In this document: piece after piece, positions 59,655-64,000 of the stretch
How the letters are laid out: each line of letters begins with the position of its first letter
Numbering within the stretch: the first letter of the stretch is position 1
Origin: Treponemataceae bacterium
GTDB lineage: Bacteria > Spirochaetota > Spirochaetia > Treponematales > Rectinemataceae
Direction of reading: 5' to 3'
DNA: 64,000 bases
NCBI GenBank assembly: GCA_963677895.2
Contig: CAXXGJ010000038.1
Coordinates: 352,001-416,000 of the forward strand
Notes under the pieces: model-generated
What the model was told of the DNA's origin: nothing
Databases searched by the model: none
Seen by the model: the letters and a program-made list of their open reading frames with translations, nothing else
Translations under genes and position numbers: made by a program

Positions 59655-62025
59655 ATGGCCCGGGAAAGCGACAACCCGCTGTTCGCCGCGCCTCAGGGCT
59701 CGCCCAAGGGCGGCGGCGGGGCGGCAGCCCGGGAAGGGCTCCGCGGCGGCCCGGGAACCGCGTTCCCGGGCCGCGAACCCCTCGCCTCCCGGATGCGTCC
59801 ACGCACCCTCGACGAGTTCACAGGTCAAGAACACATCGTAGGCCCGGGAAGACTCCTCAGACGGGCCATCCAGAAGGACCAGCTTTCCTCGATCATTCTC
59901 TCAGGCCCTCCGGGCACCGGAAAAACCACGCTCGCCCGCATCATCGCCAACACCACCCGAAGCGACTTCATCGCCCTCAACGCCGTCCTCTCGGGCGTCG
60001 CCGAACTCAGGGAGTCCATCGAAAGGGCGCGCCGCCACTACGAACTCTATTCGCTGCGCACCATCCTCTTCGTCGACGAAGTCCACCGCTGGAACAAGAG
60101 CCAGCAGGACGCACTCCTTCCCTGGGTCGAGAATGGCACCGTCGTCCTCATCGGCGCCACGACGGAGAACCCCTTCTTCGAGGTGAACCGCGCCCTCGTC
60201 TCGCGTTCCCGCGTCTTCCTCCTTCGAACGCTCACCGACGAGGACCTGGCGCGCATAGCCCAGATGACCCTCGGCGACAGGGAACGCGGCTACGGGGATT
60301 ATGCCGTCGATTTCGAGGAAGGCGCCCTCGAGCACCTCATCCACACGGCGGACGGCGACGCGCGCAGCCTCCTCAACGCCCTCGAGCTCGCCATAGAGAC
60401 TTCGGTGGACCGCTGGCCGCCCGAGGCGGGCACGAGCATAAAGGTGAGCCTCGAAACCTCGGAAGAAAGCATCCAGAAACGCGTCGTCCTCTACGACAAG
60501 GACGGCGACTACCACTACGACGCGATAAGCGCCTTCATCAAGAGCCTCAGAGGCTCTGACCCCGACGCCGCCCTCTATTGGCTCGCGCGCATGGTCTACG
60601 CCGGCGAAGATCCTTCCTTCATTTTTCGTCAGTATGTTCATATCCGCGGCTGAGGACATAGGTCTAGCCGACCCCAACGCGCTTCAGGTCGTATCTTCCT
60701 GCGCGCAGGCCTTCGACCGCATCGGCATGCCCGAAGGTCAGTATCACCTGAGCCTCGCCGCCCTCTACCTCGCCACCTGCCCGAAATCCAATTCGACGAT
60801 GGGCTATTTCGACGCGCTGAAGGCCGTCGAGGAGGAAGGCGCCGAAGTGCCCGACCATCTCAAGGACGCCAACAGGGATTCCGTCGGATTCGGCCATGGC
60901 GAAGGCTACAAGTATCCCCACGCCTACAAAGACCATTGGGTCGCCCAACAGTATCTGCCCGAATCGCTGAAACGCAGCGTCTTCTATTTCCCCGGCTCCA
61001 CGGGATTCGAGGGTACGCGCAGGATCCGATGTCCTTGAGCGGAGGGAAGCCCAGCTCTCCCTTATCGAGGAAGACATGGAGGATGGCCGTGCGTTCAGGC
61101 CAAACCGGGGCTTTCCGTCTGGTCCAAGGAAGGTGAGCGGCGGAAGAAATGGGTATCCAGGGCCGAGGGAGCCGCTTCGCTCAGGCTCCGCCTCGCCCGC
61201 GCCTTCCTCTTCGACGCCATCGCCTGCGGCAGATCCGAAACCATCCTCGTCCTGGATCCCAGAAAGGGGTTCTACGCCCTCGAAGCCGCCAGGCGCGCAC
61301 CTGAGGGAACGGTGGCCGTCCTCGTGGAAAACGAGGAAGCCCGGACCCAGCTCGAGCGGCTCACCGCGGACATCCCCGAACTCCTGCGCCCCATAGCCGT
61401 CACGCCCGCGCCTTCCGCCCCAGCCCCCCGCTGGCTGGAGGAGGGATTCGGATTCGCGGCCTTCGACAGAATACTTATCTGCGAGCCTCTCGGCCGCCAC
61501 GATCCTTCCTTCGATTATTGGGCATACGTCGAATCGGCCCTCGCCGCTTCCACGACCGCCCTCGCCGCCACAGCCTCTCCCGCCCCTGGCATCGTCTTTT
61601 TCGACATTCTGGGCGGACGGTCCAGCAATCTTTCCGAGATGCTGAGGTTGAATGTCCAGGACCCCGACCCGAAAATCAGGGTACTCATCGACGCGCTGGA
61701 AGCCTTCGAAAAGAAACGCGGAGGCGGACCGAGCCTTGCCGCGGACGCGATCCGCCAGGATGAGGAAAAGGCGGGGAAGATTTTCTCAAGCCATCTGAAA
61801 AAAGCGGGAATATCGAAGAAACCGGCCATGCGCGTTGAGCGCCTGACCTACGACCGCTACCTGACGGCGGCGGAAATCGAGACCTGGCTGTCCACGGAAA
61901 GCGACTACGGCGCCGCGCTGCGCGCGGATCTCGGCGCGGAAGCGCTGGCCAACCTCAAAGAGCTGCTCGGAAAAAAGATCGGAATGGTACGCTGGCCGCT
62001 CTTTTTGTCCCTGGCTACAGTCTGA
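59655..62025 (+). CDS. rarA: RarA/MgsA AAA+ ATPase with methyltransferase-like C-terminal extension, interrupted by three frameshifts
   Basis: [51 protein letters not shown]...QQYLP; frame changes near 60631, 61025 and 61085-61110. Confidence 0.88.
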
Positions 62026-62049
62026 ACATTGGCTTAAGCCGTAAACAGC

Positions 62050-62541
62050 TCAAATTAATAGGTCATTCAAACAAATAATTTTACTGCCTTTACTTTCATA
62101 ATAACGCAGCATTTCGTCAATTTTCCTTTTATCATAACTGGTAACGCAATCTGACAGGACATTAACGCGATAATTTGCTTTGCATAAGTTGTAGCAGGTC
62201 GATTTAACGCATGCGACAGCATCCGCTCCTGCTATGTAGAAATCACCTATTTCATTTTTACTTATAAAGTCCGCAAATTCTTCACAGCTTAACGCGTTTC
62301 CTTTGTATTTCGTAAAAACATTATTGGATGCAATTTTCAAGTCTGAAGCTAATTCCGACCCATGTGTATTGGGCTTAAAAGTCCTCGTGCCGGCTGATAA
62401 ATTTTCATGCCTTATATAAATAATATGAGTATTATCATTGACTGCCCAATCAATGGCTTTATTGATATTGCCAATGACATCCTTGTAATTCTTTGTTATG
62501 TCATTTTGAATATCGATTATTACTAAGGCTTTTTTCTGCAT
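62050..62541 (-). CDS. Isochorismatase-family cysteine hydrolase
   Basis: ALVIIDIQND, FTKY, AVACVKST (Asp-Lys-Cys triad); SD AGGAGG before ATG 62541. Confidence 0.9.
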   Translation of the reverse strand: MQKKALVIIDIQNDITKNYKDVIGNINKAIDWAVNDNTHIIYIRHENLSAGTRTFKPNTHGSELASDLKIASNNVFTKYKGNALSCEEFADFISKNEIGDFYIAGADAVACVKSTCYNLCKANYRVNVLSDCVTSYDKRKIDEMLRYYESKGSKIICLNDLLI

Positions 62542-62583
62542 CGTGTTTCCTCCTGATAGGCAGATTGATCTGTTTACTTTGTT

Positions 62584-62622
62584 ATTATACCTGGCAATTG
62601 TTGACAACAGTATGGCAACAAT
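62584..62622. promoter_or_regulatory. -10 box of the hydrolase gene plus a candidate operator for the WYL regulator
   Basis: TATAAT on the minus strand at 62584-62589; inverted repeat ATTGTTGAC-N8-GGCAACAAT at 62597-62622. Confidence 0.7.
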
Positions 62623-62661
62623 CTATAAAGACAACAAAATATTTTGATAGGCGGCTATCAA

Positions 62662-63630
62662 ATGAAAATTGACAGGCTTGTCAGCGTTATCATGATACTC
62701 CTTGATAAAAAGCGTATAGGCGCGCAGGAGTTAGCGGATATGTTTGAAGTATCACCCCGCACAATCTACCGCGACATAGACAGTATCAACTTGGCGGGTA
62801 TTCCTGTTCGCTCAACGTCGGGACTGGGCGGCGGCTTTGAAATCATGGAGAAATACAAGATTGATAGAAAGGTTTTTTCGACTGCCGACCTTTCCGCTAT
62901 CTTGATGGGGCTTTCCAGTCTTTCCAGCATGATACGAGGTGATGAACTGGTAAACGCCCTTGCGAAAGTCAAGAGTTTTGTCCCCGCCGACAGAGCGAAA
63001 GACATTGAATTAAAAGCAAATCAAATATATATAGATTTAAGTCCGTGGATGGGCAACAGGAACATACAACCATACTTGGAAATTATCAAAACAGCTTTAC
63101 AGGAAAGCAAGCTGCTTTCGTTTGAATATGCGGACCGCCACGGAAACAAAACCGCACGGACAGCCGAGCCGTATCAGCTTGTATTGAAAGGTAGTCATTG
63201 GTATTGGCAAGGGTATTGCCATAAAAGAAATGATTTTCGCTTATTTAAGCTGTCCCGCATATCAAACCTGCAAATACAAAAGGAATTTTTTACGCCACGA
63301 GATTATCAAAAACCGCAACTAGATTTTGCTGATATTTTGGCGACTATGCAAACAACAATCAAAATCCGTATTCATAAATCTGTCATGGACAGGGTACTTG
63401 ATTATTGCGCTTATGAATACTTTTCGCCAGACGGTGATGAGCATTGGATTGTCAGTTTTCCTTTCATTGAGAACGAATACTACTACAATATTCTTCTCAG
63501 TTTTGGGGATAAATGTGAGTGTCTAGAGCCGCCGCATATCCGCACAGAAATGAAGCGCAGAATCCATGATATTGCTGCCATTTATGAAAGTAAAGAAAAA
63601 CTGAGGAAGGGTCTTTCTACTATCGAATAA
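62662..63630 (+). CDS. YafY-family HTH-WYL-WCX transcriptional regulator
   Basis: A.ELA..FEVS.RTIYRDI HTH; R..EPYQL.....WY...YC..R.DFRLFKLSRI WYL domain. Confidence 0.95.
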   Translation: MKIDRLVSVIMILLDKKRIGAQELADMFEVSPRTIYRDIDSINLAGIPVRSTSGLGGGFEIMEKYKIDRKVFSTADLSAILMGLSSLSSMIRGDELVNALAKVKSFVPADRAKDIELKANQIYIDLSPWMGNRNIQPYLEIIKTALQESKLLSFEYADRHGNKTARTAEPYQLVLKGSHWYWQGYCHKRNDFRLFKLSRISNLQIQKEFFTPRDYQKPQLDFADILATMQTTIKIRIHKSVMDRVLDYCAYEYFSPDGDEHWIVSFPFIENEYYYNILLSFGDKCECLEPPHIRTEMKRRIHDIAAIYESKEKLRKGLSTIE

Positions 63631-63634
63631 CCGA

Positions 63635-64000
63635 TCAAACCTTCGCCATCGACGAAAGGTCGATATCTTCCAGCATCATGCGCATGAAATCGCGCGAATC
63701 CCTCTCGACAAGCGAGGCCTCGCCGCGCATGAAGGCGGGGAAAAACTCCTTTTCCAGATGCGTCCAGCTCTCATCTTCCTTTTCGGGCATGACGGGATAA
63801 AACCGCGCGCCCACAGCCTGCGCGGCTTGCCACGCGATGCTGGTGGTTCCCACGACGAGGATGGGATCGGTATCGTAGCCATTCTTCAGGGCTGTTCTCA
63901 GATAGCCCGCGAAATCCCCGCGCTCGGCGCCTGCGATCCTCAAAAAGCAGTCGCCCAGACCGGCCATTTCCCACTGATTCAAGGCCACGGCTTCGGGCAG
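63635..64000 (-). CDS. HAD-like hydrolase, C-terminal part (starts beyond the window)
   Basis: Y....ILVVG......A...GA.FYPV.P..E..SW resembles HAD-family C-termini. Confidence 0.55.
   Translation of the reverse strand: MPEAVALNQWEMAGLGDCFLRIAGAERGDFAGYLRTALKNGYDTDPILVVGTTSIAWQAAQAVGARFYPVMPEKEDESWTHLEKEFFPAFMRGEASLVERDSRDFMRMMLEDIDLSSMAKV

Overview
This is core chromosome of a GC-rich spirochete. The taxonomy is inferred from a TP0733-type barrel, tandem lepB, a RarA-methyltransferase fusion and the V/A-ATPase gene order. The window contains the 5' part of a giant TamB/AsmA-like gene (missing from the ORF track), tmk, yebC-ruvC-ruvA-ruvB-queA, murI-rsgA-mutS2, lepB-lepB2-hemW-pdxY, smpB-rsmD, rlmN, an MrfA/MrfB-like helicase-exonuclease pair, glgC, htrA, map, nusB, a complete V/A-type ATPase operon followed by a USP gene, gap-pgk-cysE-tpiA-secG, PBP1A, envelope proteins, rarA and a ~1.6 kb AT-rich islet (cysteine hydrolase plus HTH-WYL regulator with a candidate operator). 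Single-base frameshifts interrupt pgk, tpiA and rarA (three), most likely assembly errors. I saw no rRNA, tRNA, CRISPR array, transposase or integrase. The most notable signals are leaderless-type promoters on at least eight genes, ~460-560 aa internal repeats in the TamB-like protein, a lepB paralog lacking its catalytic Lys, and the WYL islet. None is proven to be a new system. All calls come from reading motifs; no database searches were run.
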